A DNA stretch of 64,000 nucleotides from Phyllobacteriaceae bacterium (GCA_002708825.1 PAPF01000030.1:59365-123364), one strand, 5' to 3'; counted from the first letter of the stretch, positions 40,588 to 52,650 are shown. Numbers and translations are program-made. Notes: generated from the sequence alone by a model not told the origin.

Positions 40588-41310
40588 TTACGAGAAATAC
40601 TGCCCGCCATTGGCCGAGATCGTGGCCCCGGTGATGAAACCGGCATCGTCAGACGCCAGGAAGGCCACGCAGCGCGCGATCTCCTCCGGTTCGCCGAGAC
40701 GGCCGACCGGGATCTGCGCGATGATGCTCTCGCGCACCTTTTCCGGCACCGCCATCACCATGTCGGTGGCGATGTAGCCCGGCGCCACCACGTTGACCGT
40801 GATGCCGGCCCGCGCGCCTTCCTGCGCCAGGGCACGGGTGAAGCCGATGTCGCCGGCCTTGGCTGCCGAATAGTTGGCCTGTCCGGCCTGGCCCTTCTGC
40901 CCGTTGATCGAGGAGATGGTGATCACGCGGCCGAACTTGCGGTCGCGCATGCCGGGCCAGACATTGTGCGTCATGTTGAAGACGCCGGTCAGGTTGGTGT
41001 CGATCACCTCTTTCCACATTTGCGGCGTCATGCGGTGGAACATGGAATCGCGGGTGATGCCGGCATTGTTGACCAGCACGGCCACCGGACCGAGTTCTTC
41101 CTCGATTTTCGCGATGCCCGCCTGGCAGGCCTCGTAGTCGGCAACCGACCACTTGTAGGTCTTGATGCCGGTTTCCGAGCTGAATTTCGCCGCCGCTTCG
41201 TCATTGCCGGCATAGTTGGCGGCGACGGTGTAGCCGGCTTCTTTCAGAGCCATGGAAATGGCCGCGCCGATGCCGCGCGATCCGCCCGTGACGATTGCTA
41301 CCTTTGACAT
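40588..41310 (-). CDS. phbB: Acetoacetyl-CoA reductase
   Basis: TGGSRGIG, NNAGITRD, SSINGQKGQAGQANYSAAKAG; downstream of thiolase. Confidence 0.95.
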   Translation of the reverse strand: MSKVAIVTGGSRGIGAAISMALKEAGYTVAANYAGNDEAAAKFSSETGIKTYKWSVADYEACQAGIAKIEEELGPVAVLVNNAGITRDSMFHRMTPQMWKEVIDTNLTGVFNMTHNVWPGMRDRKFGRVITISSINGQKGQAGQANYSAAKAGDIGFTRALAQEGARAGITVNVVAPGYIATDMVMAVPEKVRESIIAQIPVGRLGEPEEIARCVAFLASDDAGFITGATISANGGQYFS

Positions 41311-41431
41311 GCACTTCTCCTCCCCTTCAAGGAGCGGACCGGAAAACGCGAGGACGGATGAAGAACCTCCAGGCCAATGCCCCGGTTGCTTCTCCGCCGC
41401 TTCGCGCCCTCCTGCCCGCTGATGGCTGTTC

Positions 41432-42610
41432 TCACATGGCCTCGAAACACATGGCGACACCCATGCCGCCGCCGATGCACAGCGTGGCAAGACCCTTCTT
41501 CGCGCCGCGCCGCTTCATCTCGAAGGCGAGCGTGTTGAAGATGCGCGCGCCGGACGCACCGATCGGGTGGCCGATGGCGATCGCGCCGCCGTTCACGTTC
41601 ACGATGTCGGGGTTCCAGCCCATGTCCTTGTTGACCGCGCAGGCCTGCGCGGCGAAGGCCTCGTTGGCTTCCACCAGGTCGAGGTCGTCGACGGTCCAGC
41701 CGGCCTTCTCCAGCGCCCGGCGCGAGGCCGGAATCGGGCCCGTGCCCATGATCTGCGGATCGACGCCGGCGGTGGCCCAGGACACGATGCGCAGCATCGG
41801 GGCGATGCCGCGCCGCGCCGCCTCTTCCTCGGTCATCAGCACGGCCGCCGCCGCGCCGTCATTGATGCCCGACGCATTGGCCGCCGTCACCGAGCCTTCC
41901 TTGTCGAAGGCCGGGCGCAGCTTGGCCACGCTGTCCAGGGTCACGCCATGCTTGATGTACTCGTCGTCTGACACGATGACGTCGCCCTTGCGGGTCTTCA
42001 GCGTCACCGGAACGATCTCGTCCTTGAAGCGGCCGGCCTTCTGCGCGGCTTCCGCCTTGTTCTGCGAGGCGACCGCGAAAGAGTCCTGGTCGTCGCGGGT
42101 CAGCTGCCACTGGCGCGCCACGTTTTCTGCGGTGTTGCCCATGTGATAGCCGTAGAAGGCATCGGTCAGGCCGTCCTTGATCATCGTGTCGATCATCTTC
42201 ATGTCGCCCATCTTCACGCCGGAGCGCAGATGCGCGCAATGCGGCGCCATGGACATGCTTTCCTGGCCGCCCGCCACGATGACATTGGCATCGCCCAGCG
42301 CGATCTGCTGCATGCCCACCGCGATGGCGCGCAGGCCGGAACCGCAAAGCTGGTTGAGGCCCCAGGATGTTGCCTCCTGCGGGATGCCCGCCCCCATGGC
42401 CGCCTGGCGGGCCGGGTTCTGGCCCTCGCCTGCCGCCAGGATCTGGCCCATGATCACTTCATCGACTTCCCTGGGATCGACGCCGGCGCGCTCCAGCGCG
42501 CCCTTGATCGCCACCGTGCCCAGCACATGGGCCGGCGTGTTCGCGAATGACCCGTTGAAGGATCCGACAGGCGTGCGCGCCGCGCTCGCCACGACAACCG
42601 ATTTCGACAT
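41432..42610 (-). CDS. phbA: Acetyl-CoA C-acetyltransferase (beta-ketothiolase)
   Basis: NQLCGSG, EANEAFA, GHPIGASG, LCIGGGMG. Confidence 0.96.
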   Translation of the reverse strand: MSKSVVVASAARTPVGSFNGSFANTPAHVLGTVAIKGALERAGVDPREVDEVIMGQILAAGEGQNPARQAAMGAGIPQEATSWGLNQLCGSGLRAIAVGMQQIALGDANVIVAGGQESMSMAPHCAHLRSGVKMGDMKMIDTMIKDGLTDAFYGYHMGNTAENVARQWQLTRDDQDSFAVASQNKAEAAQKAGRFKDEIVPVTLKTRKGDVIVSDDEYIKHGVTLDSVAKLRPAFDKEGSVTAANASGINDGAAAAVLMTEEEAARRGIAPMLRIVSWATAGVDPQIMGTGPIPASRRALEKAGWTVDDLDLVEANEAFAAQACAVNKDMGWNPDIVNVNGGAIAIGHPIGASGARIFNTLAFEMKRRGAKKGLATLCIGGGMGVAMCFEAM

Positions 42611-42729
42611 GCTTCTTTCTCCCTTGGAAATGGAGCTGGATGGTGCCGCAACGTTTGACCGGGCGCGCGCCGATGTCAAACGAGACATTGGGCGCAAAGA
42701 CCTTGCTCGGCTGCGGTCCAATTGCCTGC

Positions 42730-42793
42730 TGCACCGCAATATGGCATTGCAGAGGGCATGCATTCAAGTTCGCACATCGTTCAATGCACTGCA
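42730..42793. promoter_or_regulatory. PhaR-type boxes (TGCRnYGCA) in the phbA/phaR intergenic region
   Basis: TGCACCGCA at 42730, TGCACTGCA at 42785, near-match GGCATTGCA at 42743. Confidence 0.65.
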
Positions 42794-42892
42794 CAAATCG
42801 CTTGGAACCACGCCCCTGTTGCGCCTATGCTGCGCCCGGGTCCGCCCTCGTTGGCGGCAATGAATGAACCTGTTTGAACCAGGGAGGTGGAG

Positions 42893-43513
42893 ATGGCAGG
42901 CAAGAACGACACGGTGGTGATCAAGAAATACGCCAACCGGCGGCTCTACAACACCGGCACCAGCACCTACGTGACGTTGGAAGACCTGTCGGAGATGGTG
43001 AAGAAGGGTGAGGAATTCACCGTTCTGGACGCCAAGACGGGGGAGGACATCACACATACCGTGCTCACCCAGATCATCTTCGAACTGGAGAACAAGACCG
43101 GGCAGTCCATGCTCCCGATCCCCTTTCTGCGCCAGTTGATCGCCTTCTATGGCGACCAGATGCAGATGATCGTTCCCAGTTTCCTCGAACAGTCGATGAA
43201 CGCCTTCACCAAGGAGCAGGAACGCCTGCGCGCCCAGATGAAGCACGCGCTCGGCAACACGCCCATGGGAACCATGATGGACAACCCGACCATGAAGGCG
43301 CTGGAGGAACAGACCCGGCGCAACATGGAGGTCTTCCAGAACGCCATGCGCATGTTCTCGCCCTTCTCCGCCATGCAGGGCGCCCCTCACGGCGAACAGG
43401 CCGGCGGCAAGGAGGCAAAGCCGGAAGCGCGTGGCAAGGAAGACGATTCCAACCTCGCCGAACTCAAGGAACAGATTGCCGCCATGCAGCGCAAGCTTGA
43501 CGCCATGTCCTGA
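42893..43513 (+). CDS. phaR: Polyhydroxyalkanoate synthesis repressor PhaR
   Basis: IKKYANRRLYNTGTSTYVTL, DAKTGEDIT, LPIPFLRQLI. Confidence 0.95.
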   Translation: MAGKNDTVVIKKYANRRLYNTGTSTYVTLEDLSEMVKKGEEFTVLDAKTGEDITHTVLTQIIFELENKTGQSMLPIPFLRQLIAFYGDQMQMIVPSFLEQSMNAFTKEQERLRAQMKHALGNTPMGTMMDNPTMKALEEQTRRNMEVFQNAMRMFSPFSAMQGAPHGEQAGGKEAKPEARGKEDDSNLAELKEQIAAMQRKLDAMS

Positions 43514-43539
43514 CCGCGCGCGATGATCCGGAACAAAAT

Positions 43540-43576
43540 GGGGGCATCTGATATATCAGGTGCCCCCTTGTTTTTT
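43540..43576 (+). terminator. Terminator after phaR
   Basis: GGGGGCATCTGA-TATA-TCAGGTGCCCCC then TTGTTTTTT. Confidence 0.85.
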
Positions 43577-43699
43577 GCGGCTGGCGTTTGCCTCTTCCGG
43601 AGGAGGCGGGCTCGTCCTGCCCCCAGCCAATGCCGGCCATCTGCGATTCGACGGCGGCGCTAACGCTCCGTCAGGTCGAGACAGCGCATGGAGGATGCC

Positions 43700-44101
43700 T
43701 TATCCGAAGGTGACGTCGCGGCCCGCGGCCCGCAGCGAGACCGTGAAACCGGCCAGCACGTCCACGAGCGAGATGACCATCAGGATGAAGAAGAGCGACG
43801 TCGCCGCGCCCTCGACCAGCAGGAACTCCACCAGATAGGCCACGAAGACGAAGGTGGAGAGCAAATGGTCGATCACGGAGGCATTGTGCGTGCGTGTCGC
43901 CTTGAGGATCTCGAGGAAAAGCAGCACCAGCGCGATGACCAGGATCAGGTCGGCGACCGTCAGTGTGAAGACCCCGCCCGACATCATGCCCATCGAGAAG
44001 ACAGCGCCGGAGAACGGCGCGCCGGCTGCGCCGAAGGCGCCGGCAAGGCCGAGATTGTAGATCAGGAACGGGACGATGAGCAGGGGAATGAGACCGAGCA
44101 C
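43700..44101 (-). CDS. Conserved hypothetical membrane protein
   Basis: About four TMs; LEILKATR, DHLLS, DVLAGFTVS...RD; GTG start assumed. Confidence 0.75.
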   Translation of the reverse strand: MLGLIPLLIVPFLIYNLGLAGAFGAAGAPFSGAVFSMGMMSGGVFTLTVADLILVIALVLLFLEILKATRTHNASVIDHLLSTFVFVAYLVEFLLVEGAATSLFFILMVISLVDVLAGFTVSLRAAGRDVTFG

Positions 44102-44245
44102 GGCAGGAAACCTCCGGGGATTCGCGGTGCGCGGATGGTGGTGCGCGCGCATCCCGCCGTCAAGCCGCAAGGACACAAACGAAAACCGGCCGCCCCGAGA
44201 GCAGCCGGTCCGCAATGAACTTCCGTCGCCGCCAGGGCGCCGGCG

Positions 44246-44425
44246 TTATTCCTTGGCTTCCAGGATCTGGCGGCCGCGATACATGCCGGTCTTCAGGTCG
44301 ACATGATGCGGGCGGCGCAGTTCGCCGGAATTCTTGTCCTCGACATAGGTCGGGGTCTTGAGCGCGTCGGCCGAGCGGCGCATGCCACGCTTCGACGGCG
44401 ACACTTTTCTTTTCGGTACAGCCAT
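44246..44425 (-). CDS. rpmF: 50S ribosomal protein L32 (59 aa, not in ORF track)
   Basis: [59 protein letters not shown]. Confidence 0.96.
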   Translation of the reverse strand: MAVPKRKVSPSKRGMRRSADALKTPTYVEDKNSGELRRPHHVDLKTGMYRGRQILEAKE

Positions 44426-44571
44426 GTTTCTACTCCGGTAAAGCCAGACAAGCCAGCCGCATCACGCCCCGTCGGAGCGGCGGTCCGGCCTTCGAGTCCT
44501 GAAATCCGGGGTGCCTATACACGGCTGCAAGCGGTTTGACCAGCATCCCGGCCAAAAAAAGTGGCGGTCCC

Positions 44572-45342
44572 TCACTCGATGCGCACGCAGTCGACATATC
44601 CCCCGGCCTGTGCCGCGCGCCGCTCGATGACCCGCGCCACCCGCTGCATGCCCTGTGAGGGTTTGGAGGGAATGCGCGTATGGGGATTGGGCAGGGACGC
44701 CGTCAGCAACGCCGCCTGGCGCGCCGAAAGTTTCGCAGAGCTGCGCTGGAACTGCGCCTGCGCCCCGGCCTCCACGCCATAGACGCCGTCGCCCAGTTCC
44801 GCGATGTTGAGGTAGATTTCCATGATCCGGTACTTGGGCAGGATGGCGTCCACCATCACCGCATAGGGAATTTCCAGCGCCTTGCGGATATAGGAGCGGC
44901 CGGGCCACAAATAGAGGTTCTTGACCAGTTGCATGGTGATCGTGGAAGCCCCGCGCACCGCCTCGCCCTCCAGCGCATCGTCGATCACCTTGTTGAGTTC
45001 GGCGAGGTCGACGCCGTGATGGGTGCAGAACTGCCCGTCCTCCGACATGATCACCGAATGCACCAGCACCGGGGTGATGTCCTCCATGTCGGCCCATTGG
45101 CGCTCGTATCCCTTCAGCGTGACGAGATCGCGCAACATCAGCGTCGACACCGGATGCACGAAGGGAATGGCATAGAGCAGCGTGAGCAGCACCGGCATGA
45201 GCGCAAGCAGCACAACCGCCGCGGCGGCGCGCAGGCCCCAACGGCGCCAGCGGCGGGCCGGCCTGGCATCCGCCTTCGTCTCGCGCTTCGTCTTCTTCGC
45301 TTTGCTCGCCACGGCGCCTTTCCTGCAAACCTCGTCCGACAT
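44572..45342 (-). CDS. mtgA: Monofunctional peptidoglycan transglycosylase
   Basis: [40 protein letters not shown]; start uncertain. Confidence 0.92.
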   Translation of the reverse strand: MSDEVCRKGAVASKAKKTKRETKADARPARRWRRWGLRAAAAVVLLALMPVLLTLLYAIPFVHPVSTLMLRDLVTLKGYERQWADMEDITPVLVHSVIMSEDGQFCTHHGVDLAELNKVIDDALEGEAVRGASTITMQLVKNLYLWPGRSYIRKALEIPYAVMVDAILPKYRIMEIYLNIAELGDGVYGVEAGAQAQFQRSSAKLSARQAALLTASLPNPHTRIPSKPSQGMQRVARVIERRAAQAGGYVDCVRIE

Positions 45343-45427
45343 AACGCGCACCCGGCCGGGCCGCAATGCGGCCCGCGCGGAATGGTCCGCTTGACCCCGG
45401 CGATGTTTCATCGCATGCGCTTTTCCC

Positions 45428-46339
45428 ATGAGCGAGACACAAGAGTTCCAGCCGGCCCTTGCCCGGCATGCCGAAACCGTTGCCGGTCTGCTGGCACACC
45501 TTCTCGATACGCGTCCGCTGGACGGGGAGATCGCCCGCCCGGAGCGCCTGATGGCGGCCATGCGCCATGGCGCGCTCAATGGCGGCAAGCGGCTGCGCCC
45601 GTTCCTGCTGGCCGAAAGCGCCCGCCTGTTCGACAAGACCGGGGACGCGGTGATGCGGGTCGCGGCGGCCCTGGAATGCGTCCACTGCTACTCGCTGATC
45701 CATGACGATCTTCCGGCCATGGACGATGACGACATGCGCCGTGGCCGCCCCACGGTCCACAAGGCCTTCGACGAGGCCACGGCCATCCTTGCAGGCGACA
45801 GCCTGCTGACCTTCGCCTTCGACATCATCGCCGATCCGGCGACAGACCTGTCCGACGCGGTCAAGACCGCCCTTGTCCTGAAACTGGCCCGCGCAGCCGG
45901 ACCGGGCGGCATGGCCGGCGGACAGGCCCTGGACCTTGATGCGGCACGCGAACGTCCCGGCGAGGACGGCATCATCCGCCTGCAGGCGATGAAGACCGGC
46001 GCGCTCATCCGCTTTGCCTGCGAGGCCGGCGCCATCGCCGCCAATGCGCCGATGGCCGACCGCGAGCGCCTTGCCGCATTCGGCTCCGCCATAGGCCTTG
46101 CCTTCCAGCTTGCCGACGACCTGCTCGACCTGACCGCCGATGAAGGCACGCTGGGCAAGGCCACGCGCAAGGATGCCGGCGCCGGCAAGGCGACATTGGC
46201 CGGATTGCACGGAGCCGACTGGACCCGCCGCCAGCTTGACGCGCTGATCGAAGAGGCCTGCGGACTGCTTGCGCCCTATGGCGGCAAGGCCGCACTCCTG
46301 TCCGATGCGGCACGCTATGTCGCGAGCCGGGACCGGTAG
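45428..46339 (+). CDS. ispA: Geranyltranstransferase / polyprenyl synthetase
   Basis: [40 protein letters not shown]. Confidence 0.93.
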   Translation: MSETQEFQPALARHAETVAGLLAHLLDTRPLDGEIARPERLMAAMRHGALNGGKRLRPFLLAESARLFDKTGDAVMRVAAALECVHCYSLIHDDLPAMDDDDMRRGRPTVHKAFDEATAILAGDSLLTFAFDIIADPATDLSDAVKTALVLKLARAAGPGGMAGGQALDLDAARERPGEDGIIRLQAMKTGALIRFACEAGAIAANAPMADRERLAAFGSAIGLAFQLADDLLDLTADEGTLGKATRKDAGAGKATLAGLHGADWTRRQLDALIEEACGLLAPYGGKAALLSDAARYVASRDR

Positions 46340-46376
46340 GACCGCCGTCCGGGGCATCGCCGGCCTTGGCGACGCG

Positions 46377-46397
46377 TTAAGCCCGCCTTAAGGTTAA
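46377..46397. promoter_or_regulatory. CtrA-type site upstream of hybrid kinase
   Basis: TTAA-GCCCGCC-TTAA (N7) plus a third TTAA at 46394. Confidence 0.65.
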
Positions 46398-46445
46398 TTG
46401 CGGAGTCTGGGGAAAAGACGATCCCCAAGCTCCAAGGCTTACCCG

Positions 46446-48953
46446 ATGTCGAAAGTCCTGACCCGTGCCTACCTGCGCACCAGGATCGTTCTGGCGATGG
46501 CGCTCATGCTCGCATGCGTCATTGCCGGCACGAGTTACGTCTATCTCAATACCGAGGCGACCAAGCGCTCGGCACAATTCAATGTCGTCATCTCCGAAGC
46601 GTCGAATGCGACCGAACTGCTGCTCTACCAGATCAGCCGGATCGATGCCGTGCGCAGGGATCCCGCGTTCAATTTCAAGCCGCCGGCCGAGCGGGAACAG
46701 GCCCTGTCGGCAATCCGCGACCAACTCGACGGCACGCTGGCACGCCTTCAGGACGCCTTCCGGACCATCTCGCTGAGCGAGGAAGGCGACGTCACCCTGC
46801 TGGAAAGCCGCCGTCTCACCATGGAGGAAAGCGGTGACAGCCAGGCAGGCCATGGGGAAGCCGGCGCCATGGAGGGTGCGCACATGCCCGATGCGCTGCG
46901 CGCCATCTGGTATGGCGGCGAGTCCGGATACCGGCTCCGGGATTCGCTCAAGGAAATCATTTCCCAGGCAAACCGCATCGGCCTCTACCGCGATCTTTCG
47001 TCGCCCGCGGCAGCACGAACCTTCCAGCAGGTCCGGACCCTGGCGGCGGACCAGTTGCGTCCCGGCCTGGCCCGCCTGAACCAGCAGCTTGGCGAGGAGG
47101 TCATCGCCGCCCAGGACGGATTGCGTTACGCCATGCTCGCCACGGCGGCGCTGATATGCATCGCCAGCCTCATCATGGGGCTTGCGATCCTGCTCCCGCT
47201 CGAGGCTGCCGTGCTGGAAGCACAGGACAAGCTGGCGGCATCGCGCAACGAGGCCGAACGGGCGCGCGAGGCCGCCCAGGCGGCGGACCGGGCAAAGTCG
47301 GAGTTCCTGGCCAACATGAGCCACGAGATCCGGACGCCCATGAACGGCGTTCTCGGCATGGCCGAACTCCTTGCCAGGACCAGCCTCGACAACCGGCAGA
47401 AGACCTTCACGGACATCATCGTGAAATCGGGCAATGCGCTGCTGACCATCATCAACGACATCCTCGATTTCTCCAAGATCGATGCCGGCCAGCTTGAACT
47501 CGACCCGGCGCCCTTCCGCATCGGCGAGTCGGTCGAGGATGTCGCCACGCTGGTTTCGGCGCGGGTTGCCGAGAAGGACCTCGAACTGATCGTGCGCATC
47601 GACCCGGCGCTGCCGCCGCTGGTCTCGGGCGATGTCGGCCGCTTCCGCCAGATCGTCACCAACCTGCTCGGCAATGCCGTGAAGTTCACCGAATCCGGCC
47701 ATGTCCTCGTGGATGTGACAGGCCAGGTCCGCGAGGGCGTCGCCCATCTGCGGGTTGCGGTTCAGGATACGGGTGTCGGCATCCCGCAAGACAAGCTTCA
47801 GACGGTCTTCGACAAGTTCGCCCAGGTCGACGGATCTTCCACCCGGCGCCATGAGGGAACGGGCCTCGGACTTGCCATCGCATCGCGGCTGATCGACCTG
47901 ATGGGCGGCGAGATCGGCGTCGAATCCGAGTTCGGCAAGGGCTCCACCTTCTGGTTCACCGTTCCGCTGCCGGTGGCGCAGACACAGGATACGCCGCGCA
48001 CCCTGCCGGTCGACGTGACCGGCGCGCGCGTCCTCGTCATCGACGACAACCCGGTCAACCGGTCGATCCTGACGGAACAGCTCACCTCCTGGGGTTTCGA
48101 ATCCGCCGCCGCCGAAAGCGGCCATGTCGGCCTCGCCTTCATCGACCGTGCCGCCGAGATCGGCATGGAAATCGACTGCATCATCCTCGACTACCAGATG
48201 CCGGGCATGAATGGCGAGGAAGTGCTGCGCGCCCTGCGCGGACGCGCCGCCGGCAACACCATCCCGGTGGTCATGCTCACATCCGTGGACCATGCCGATG
48301 TCGGCCGCATGATCGTCCGCCACGGCATCTCAGCCCATCTGACGAAGCCGGCCCGTTCCTCCCTGCTGCTCGAAACGCTCGTCGAGGTCCTGCAGGCCGG
48401 CCGTGCCGTGACCGGCACGCCCCCATCCCTGGCCGCCCTGGCCGGGACCGTGGCGGGCGTTCCGGAAGACCGGCAGCAAGCCGGAGCGACAGCGGCCGCG
48501 GCAAGGGAAGCCCCGGCGGCTGGCGCACCGCACGAGCGTCGCTTTGCCGGGCGCGAGATCGCGCCGCTCGATGTTCTCGTCGCCGAGGACAACGAGGTCA
48601 ACCAGATCGTCTTCACGCAGATCCTCACCGGTCTCGGCGTGTCCTTCAGGATCGCCGGCAACGGCCGTCTTGCAGTGGAGGCGCACCGCAAGCACAAGCC
48701 TGCCCTTGTCATCATGGATGTCTCCATGCCGGAAATGAACGGGCTGGAAGCCACCGCCCTCATCCGCCAGACCGACCAGACGACAGGCCGGCACACGCCC
48801 ATCATCGGCGTCACCGCCCATGCGCTCAAGGGCGACCGCGAGAAATGCCTGGAAGCCGGCATGGACGATTACCTCTCCAAGCCGGTCTCGCCAGACAAGC
48901 TGGCGGAGAAAATCGGGAAATGGCTGGGGGGTCAGCGCGCCGAAGTGGCGTGA
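46446..48953 (+). CDS. Membrane-bound hybrid histidine kinase with two receiver domains
   Basis: Two TMs flanking a periplasmic domain; [17 protein letters not shown]-box; [25 protein letters not shown]1 ILDYQMP, REC2 IMDVSMP. Confidence 0.93.
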   Translation: MSKVLTRAYLRTRIVLAMALMLACVIAGTSYVYLNTEATKRSAQFNVVISEASNATELLLYQISRIDAVRRDPAFNFKPPAEREQALSAIRDQLDGTLARLQDAFRTISLSEEGDVTLLESRRLTMEESGDSQAGHGEAGAMEGAHMPDALRAIWYGGESGYRLRDSLKEIISQANRIGLYRDLSSPAAARTFQQVRTLAADQLRPGLARLNQQLGEEVIAAQDGLRYAMLATAALICIASLIMGLAILLPLEAAVLEAQDKLAASRNEAERAREAAQAADRAKSEFLANMSHEIRTPMNGVLGMAELLARTSLDNRQKTFTDIIVKSGNALLTIINDILDFSKIDAGQLELDPAPFRIGESVEDVATLVSARVAEKDLELIVRIDPALPPLVSGDVGRFRQIVTNLLGNAVKFTESGHVLVDVTGQVREGVAHLRVAVQDTGVGIPQDKLQTVFDKFAQVDGSSTRRHEGTGLGLAIASRLIDLMGGEIGVESEFGKGSTFWFTVPLPVAQTQDTPRTLPVDVTGARVLVIDDNPVNRSILTEQLTSWGFESAAAESGHVGLAFIDRAAEIGMEIDCIILDYQMPGMNGEEVLRALRGRAAGNTIPVVMLTSVDHADVGRMIVRHGISAHLTKPARSSLLLETLVEVLQAGRAVTGTPPSLAALAGTVAGVPEDRQQAGATAAAAREAPAAGAPHERRFAGREIAPLDVLVAEDNEVNQIVFTQILTGLGVSFRIAGNGRLAVEAHRKHKPALVIMDVSMPEMNGLEATALIRQTDQTTGRHTPIIGVTAHALKGDREKCLEAGMDDYLSKPVSPDKLAEKIGKWLGGQRAEVA

Positions 48954-48963
48954 CCGGGCACGA

Positions 48964-49833
48964 TCAGCGGTTTCGCATCACGATGCAGGACCCGCCCGCT
49001 GCCCGCAATTGCTGGCAGATGATCTCCGCGTTGACGCGCTTGTCCGCACCGATCCGCACGGCATAAATGCCGCGCCGTCCGATCGCGGAACGCACGCGGC
49101 TGACGACCGGTTCGTGGTCTGCCAGCAGGGACGGAAACCGCCGCCTGAGCCGCTGCCATTGCCGGATCGCTGCGGAGCGGCGGAAATTGCCGGCCACCTG
49201 CACGCCCCAGGGCAGCGTGTGCACGCGCGCCATGGGAATGGTTGCTGCGGCGATCACCGGAAGCGCCCGGCAGGCCGCGTCGAAACCGAGTTTCCCGTCC
49301 AGCGGCCGGTTCGTGGCCTGGTAAGCTGCGTCGGAAAAACTGTCGGCTGGCTCGCCCAGGATCGAGAGCACGTAGTCCTCGGTCTCCAGGGGCAGGAAAC
49401 CGCCACTGGCGATCCAGCGGTTGAGCCGCCCCTCGCCGGCATTGTAGCCAATGGCCGCACGCCCGAGATTTCCGTAGGACGCCTTCATCTCCGCGAGGTA
49501 GGCCGCCGAGGCGGCAATGGCCTGTGCCATGTCGAAACTGTCGGCAAGGCCGCGCAGCTTCGCCGTTCCGGGCATGAACTGGGCGATGCCCTCCGCACCC
49601 GCCGGGCTCACCGCGTCCGGGTCGAAGCGGCTTTCCTTCCAGATCAGGCGTGCCAGGAAGTCGCGCGGCAGGCCGTGCCGGTCGGCGCTGTCGCGGATGA
49701 GGGTGCAGACCGTGTCGAGATGCGCTGCCTTGTCGGTATCGCCCGGCGCACCGGCCTCCTGTTGCGAGGCCAGCGCAGGCCCGGCCAGAAGCGCGGCGGC
49801 AAGGCCGGCGATGGCCCTACTCGGCCGCCGCAT
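48964..49833 (-). CDS. Lytic transglycosylase with C-terminal SPOR-like domain
   Basis: [38 protein letters not shown]. Confidence 0.88.
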   Translation of the reverse strand: MRRPSRAIAGLAAALLAGPALASQQEAGAPGDTDKAAHLDTVCTLIRDSADRHGLPRDFLARLIWKESRFDPDAVSPAGAEGIAQFMPGTAKLRGLADSFDMAQAIAASAAYLAEMKASYGNLGRAAIGYNAGEGRLNRWIASGGFLPLETEDYVLSILGEPADSFSDAAYQATNRPLDGKLGFDAACRALPVIAAATIPMARVHTLPWGVQVAGNFRRSAAIRQWQRLRRRFPSLLADHEPVVSRVRSAIGRRGIYAVRIGADKRVNAEIICQQLRAAGGSCIVMRNR

Positions 49834-51070
49834 GGCTCCCGCGCCCGAACCGCCGTTCGATGTAATCGGCCACCATCACCTGGAATTCGGCCGCGATGTT
49901 CGCGCCGCGCAGCGTTGCCACCTTCCTGCCGTCGATGAAGACCGGCGCGGCCGGCGTTTCGCCCGTGCCCGGCAGGGATATGCCGATATCGGCATGCTTG
50001 CTCTCGCCCGGCCCGTTGACGATGCAGCCCATGACGGCCACCGACAGCGCCTCGACGCCCGGATACTTCTCCCGCCAGACCGGCATGTTGGCGCGCAGAT
50101 CCTCCTGGATCGCCTGGGCAAGTTCCTGGAACACGGTGGACGTTGTGCGCCCGCATCCCGGACAGGCCGCGACGATGGGCACGAACTGGCGGAAACCCAT
50201 CGTCTGGAGCAGTTCCTGCGCCACCTGCACCTCGCGGGTGCGGTCGCCGCCCGGCTCCGGCGTCAGCGAGATGCGGATCGTGTCGCCGATCCCCTGCTGC
50301 AGAAGGATGCCCATGGCCGCCGACGATGCGACAATGCCCTTTGATCCCATGCCCGCTTCCGTGAGGCCCAGATGCAGCGCGTGATCCGAGCGCGCTGCGA
50401 GCATGGTGTAGACCGCGATGAGGTCCTGCACCTGGGACACCTTGGCCGACAGGATGATCCGGTCGCGCGGCAGGCCGATCTCCTCGGCGAGTTGCGCCGA
50501 CAGCAGCGCCGATTGCACGATCGCCTCGCGCATCACCTCGTTGGCCGTCAGCGGCGCGCCCTTCGCGTGGTTCTCGTCCATCAGGCGGGTGAGCAACTCC
50601 TGGTCCAGCGAACCCCAGTTGACGCCGATGCGCACCGGCTTGTCATGCCGGATGGCGGTCTCGACGATGGCCGCGAACTGCTTGTCCTTCTTGTCCTTGA
50701 AGCCGACATTGCCCGGATTGATGCGGTATTTCGCCAGCGCCTCGGCACAGGCCGGATGGTCGGCAAGGAGCTTGTGGCCGATATAATGGAAATCGCCCAC
50801 CAGCGGCACGTCGATGCCCAGCCTGTCCAGCCGTTCGCGGATGCGCGGCACCTGGGCCGCCGCCTCGTCGCGGTCGACGGTGATGCGGACGACCTCCGAA
50901 CCGGCGCGCGCCAGCGCCGCGACCTGCGCCACGGTTGCGTCGGCATCCGCGGTGTCGGTGTTGGTCATGGACTGGACGACGACCGGCGCGCCGCCTCCCA
51001 CCATGACGCCGCCGACAGGCACGCCGACGGTCTTCTTGCGCGGAAACGGATCGGAAAAATACTGCGTCAT
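49817..51070 (-). CDS. ispG: (E)-4-hydroxy-3-methylbut-2-enyl-diphosphate synthase
   Basis: [41 protein letters not shown]. Confidence 0.97.
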   Translation of the reverse strand: MTQYFSDPFPRKKTVGVPVGGVMVGGGAPVVVQSMTNTDTADADATVAQVAALARAGSEVVRITVDRDEAAAQVPRIRERLDRLGIDVPLVGDFHYIGHKLLADHPACAEALAKYRINPGNVGFKDKKDKQFAAIVETAIRHDKPVRIGVNWGSLDQELLTRLMDENHAKGAPLTANEVMREAIVQSALLSAQLAEEIGLPRDRIILSAKVSQVQDLIAVYTMLAARSDHALHLGLTEAGMGSKGIVASSAAMGILLQQGIGDTIRISLTPEPGGDRTREVQVAQELLQTMGFRQFVPIVAACPGCGRTTSTVFQELAQAIQEDLRANMPVWREKYPGVEALSVAVMGCIVNGPGESKHADIGISLPGTGETPAAPVFIDGRKVATLRGANIAAEFQVMVADYIERRFGRGSHAAAE

Positions 51071-51203
51071 GGCGAACCTGCCGGCCTTCGGGCGTGACTT
51101 GAGACCATGGATGTGGCCGTCCGCGTGCCGCTTGTCAACGGTGGCCGCGAAAGGTGACCGGGGCATGACATGACCGCGGCGGAACGAAACGAAGGCTGCG
51201 GAG

Positions 51204-51247
51204 TTGACGTCTCGCTGCGGTGCAATATTCTCCGCGCTGCATTGCAA
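51204..51247 (+). promoter_or_regulatory. bdhA promoter with two PhaR-type boxes
   Basis: TTGACG-N16-TATTCT; TGCGGTGCA at 51216 and TGCATTGCA at 51238. Confidence 0.55.
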
Positions 51248-51264
51248 CCAGCGAGGGACACGTC

Positions 51265-52053
51265 ATGCCGATCAGCCGAACCGCCGTCATCACCGGGTCC
51301 ACCTCGGGCATTGGCCTGGGCGTGGCCCATGCCCTTGCGGCCAGCGGGTGCAACGTGGTCGTCAATTCCTTCTCCGGCAGTGACGAGGACCACTCCGCGG
51401 CCGCCGCCATCGCTGACGCCCACGGGGTGAAGGCGATCTATGTCCAGGCCGACATGGCCAAGCCGGACCAGTGCCGCGGCCTGATCGAAAAGGCCGCCAG
51501 CACGTTCGGCACCGTCGACATTCTCGTCAACAATGCCGGCATCCAGCACGTGGCAAGGATCGAGGATTTCCCGCCCGCGAAATGGGATGCCATCATCGCC
51601 ATCAACCTCTCCTCCGCCTTTCACACCATCGCTGCCGTGGCGCCGATGATGAAGGAGGCCGGCTGGGGCCGCATCATCAACATCGCATCGGCCCATGGCC
51701 TGACCGCCTCGCCCTACAAGTCGGCCTATGTCGCCGCCAAGCACGGCATAGTCGGCCTGACGAAGACCGTGGCGCTCGAAATGGCCGATGCGCGTGTCGC
51801 GGTCACCTGCAATGCCATCTGCCCGGGCTATGTGAAGACACCGCTGGTCGAAGGCCAGATCGAGGACCAGATGAAGGCCCATGGAATGGGCCGCGAGGAG
51901 GTGATCGAAAAGGTGATCCTGCAGCGCCAGCCGACGCGCGAATTCGCCACCGTGGAGGAAATCGGCGGCACCGCCGTCTTCCTGTGCTCCGATGCCGCTG
52001 CCCAGATCACCGGAACCACCATCTCCATCGATGGCGGCTGGACCGCGCTGTGA
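51265..52053 (+). CDS. bdhA: 3-hydroxybutyrate dehydrogenase
   Basis: TGSTSGIG, NNAGIQHV, ASAHGLTASPYKSAYVAAKHG, ICPGYV.TPLVEGQI. Confidence 0.9.
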   Translation: MPISRTAVITGSTSGIGLGVAHALAASGCNVVVNSFSGSDEDHSAAAAIADAHGVKAIYVQADMAKPDQCRGLIEKAASTFGTVDILVNNAGIQHVARIEDFPPAKWDAIIAINLSSAFHTIAAVAPMMKEAGWGRIINIASAHGLTASPYKSAYVAAKHGIVGLTKTVALEMADARVAVTCNAICPGYVKTPLVEGQIEDQMKAHGMGREEVIEKVILQRQPTREFATVEEIGGTAVFLCSDAAAQITGTTISIDGGWTAL

Positions 52054-52077
52054 GCAACGGCCGGACCCGGTCCGGCC

Positions 52078-52650
52078 TCACCTCGTCCGGGTGAGTGCCG
52101 CCATCTGCATGGCGAGGAAACGCTCCAGCGCGTCCTCGCGATCCTTTTTCGCCTTCACGCGCATCTTCATCCCTTCCAGCCAGTCGGAAAGCTGGGTCGC
52201 CAGCACCGCGCCATCGAGCGGCGCCCGCGCCCCGGCCTCGTCATAGACCGGTGCCAGCAGGGCAACCTTGCGCGCCTTCCACCCGTCGAGCCAGCCGGCC
52301 GAGAGTCCGCTCTTCATGTCGATGAGTTCCGCGCCGTGCGGCGTGGCCTCCATCTGGGCCATCATGTCGAGGATGCCTTCGCGGATGGCCATGCCGATCC
52401 GCTCCGATACCGTTCCGGGCCGCGCCAGCGCGTCGCGCATGACGTCGAGCGACTGGTCCAGCATGGCCGTTGCGCCGGCTTCGTAGATATCCTGCTTGTT
52501 GCGGAAGAACTGGTACAGCGCCGGCCGGGACATGCCCGCCGCCTGCGCTATGTCGTCCATGGTCACGCGCGAAAAACCGTACGCCATGAACTGGGCGATG
52601 GCGGCTTGCAGGATGGCTGAGCGTTTGTCGGGCTGGATCGGCAATGTCAT
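52078..52650 (-). CDS. TetR/AcrR-family regulator
   Basis: GFSRVTMDDIAQAAGMSRPALYQFFRNKQDI HTH; divergent from iorAB. Confidence 0.9.
   Translation of the reverse strand: MTLPIQPDKRSAILQAAIAQFMAYGFSRVTMDDIAQAAGMSRPALYQFFRNKQDIYEAGATAMLDQSLDVMRDALARPGTVSERIGMAIREGILDMMAQMEATPHGAELIDMKSGLSAGWLDGWKARKVALLAPVYDEAGARAPLDGAVLATQLSDWLEGMKMRVKAKKDREDALERFLAMQMAALTRTR

Noticed and set aside
44246..44425. L32 lacking zinc-binding cysteines as a zinc-starvation paralog
   Set aside because: Cys-free L32 is normal in this group and the gene sits in a core context
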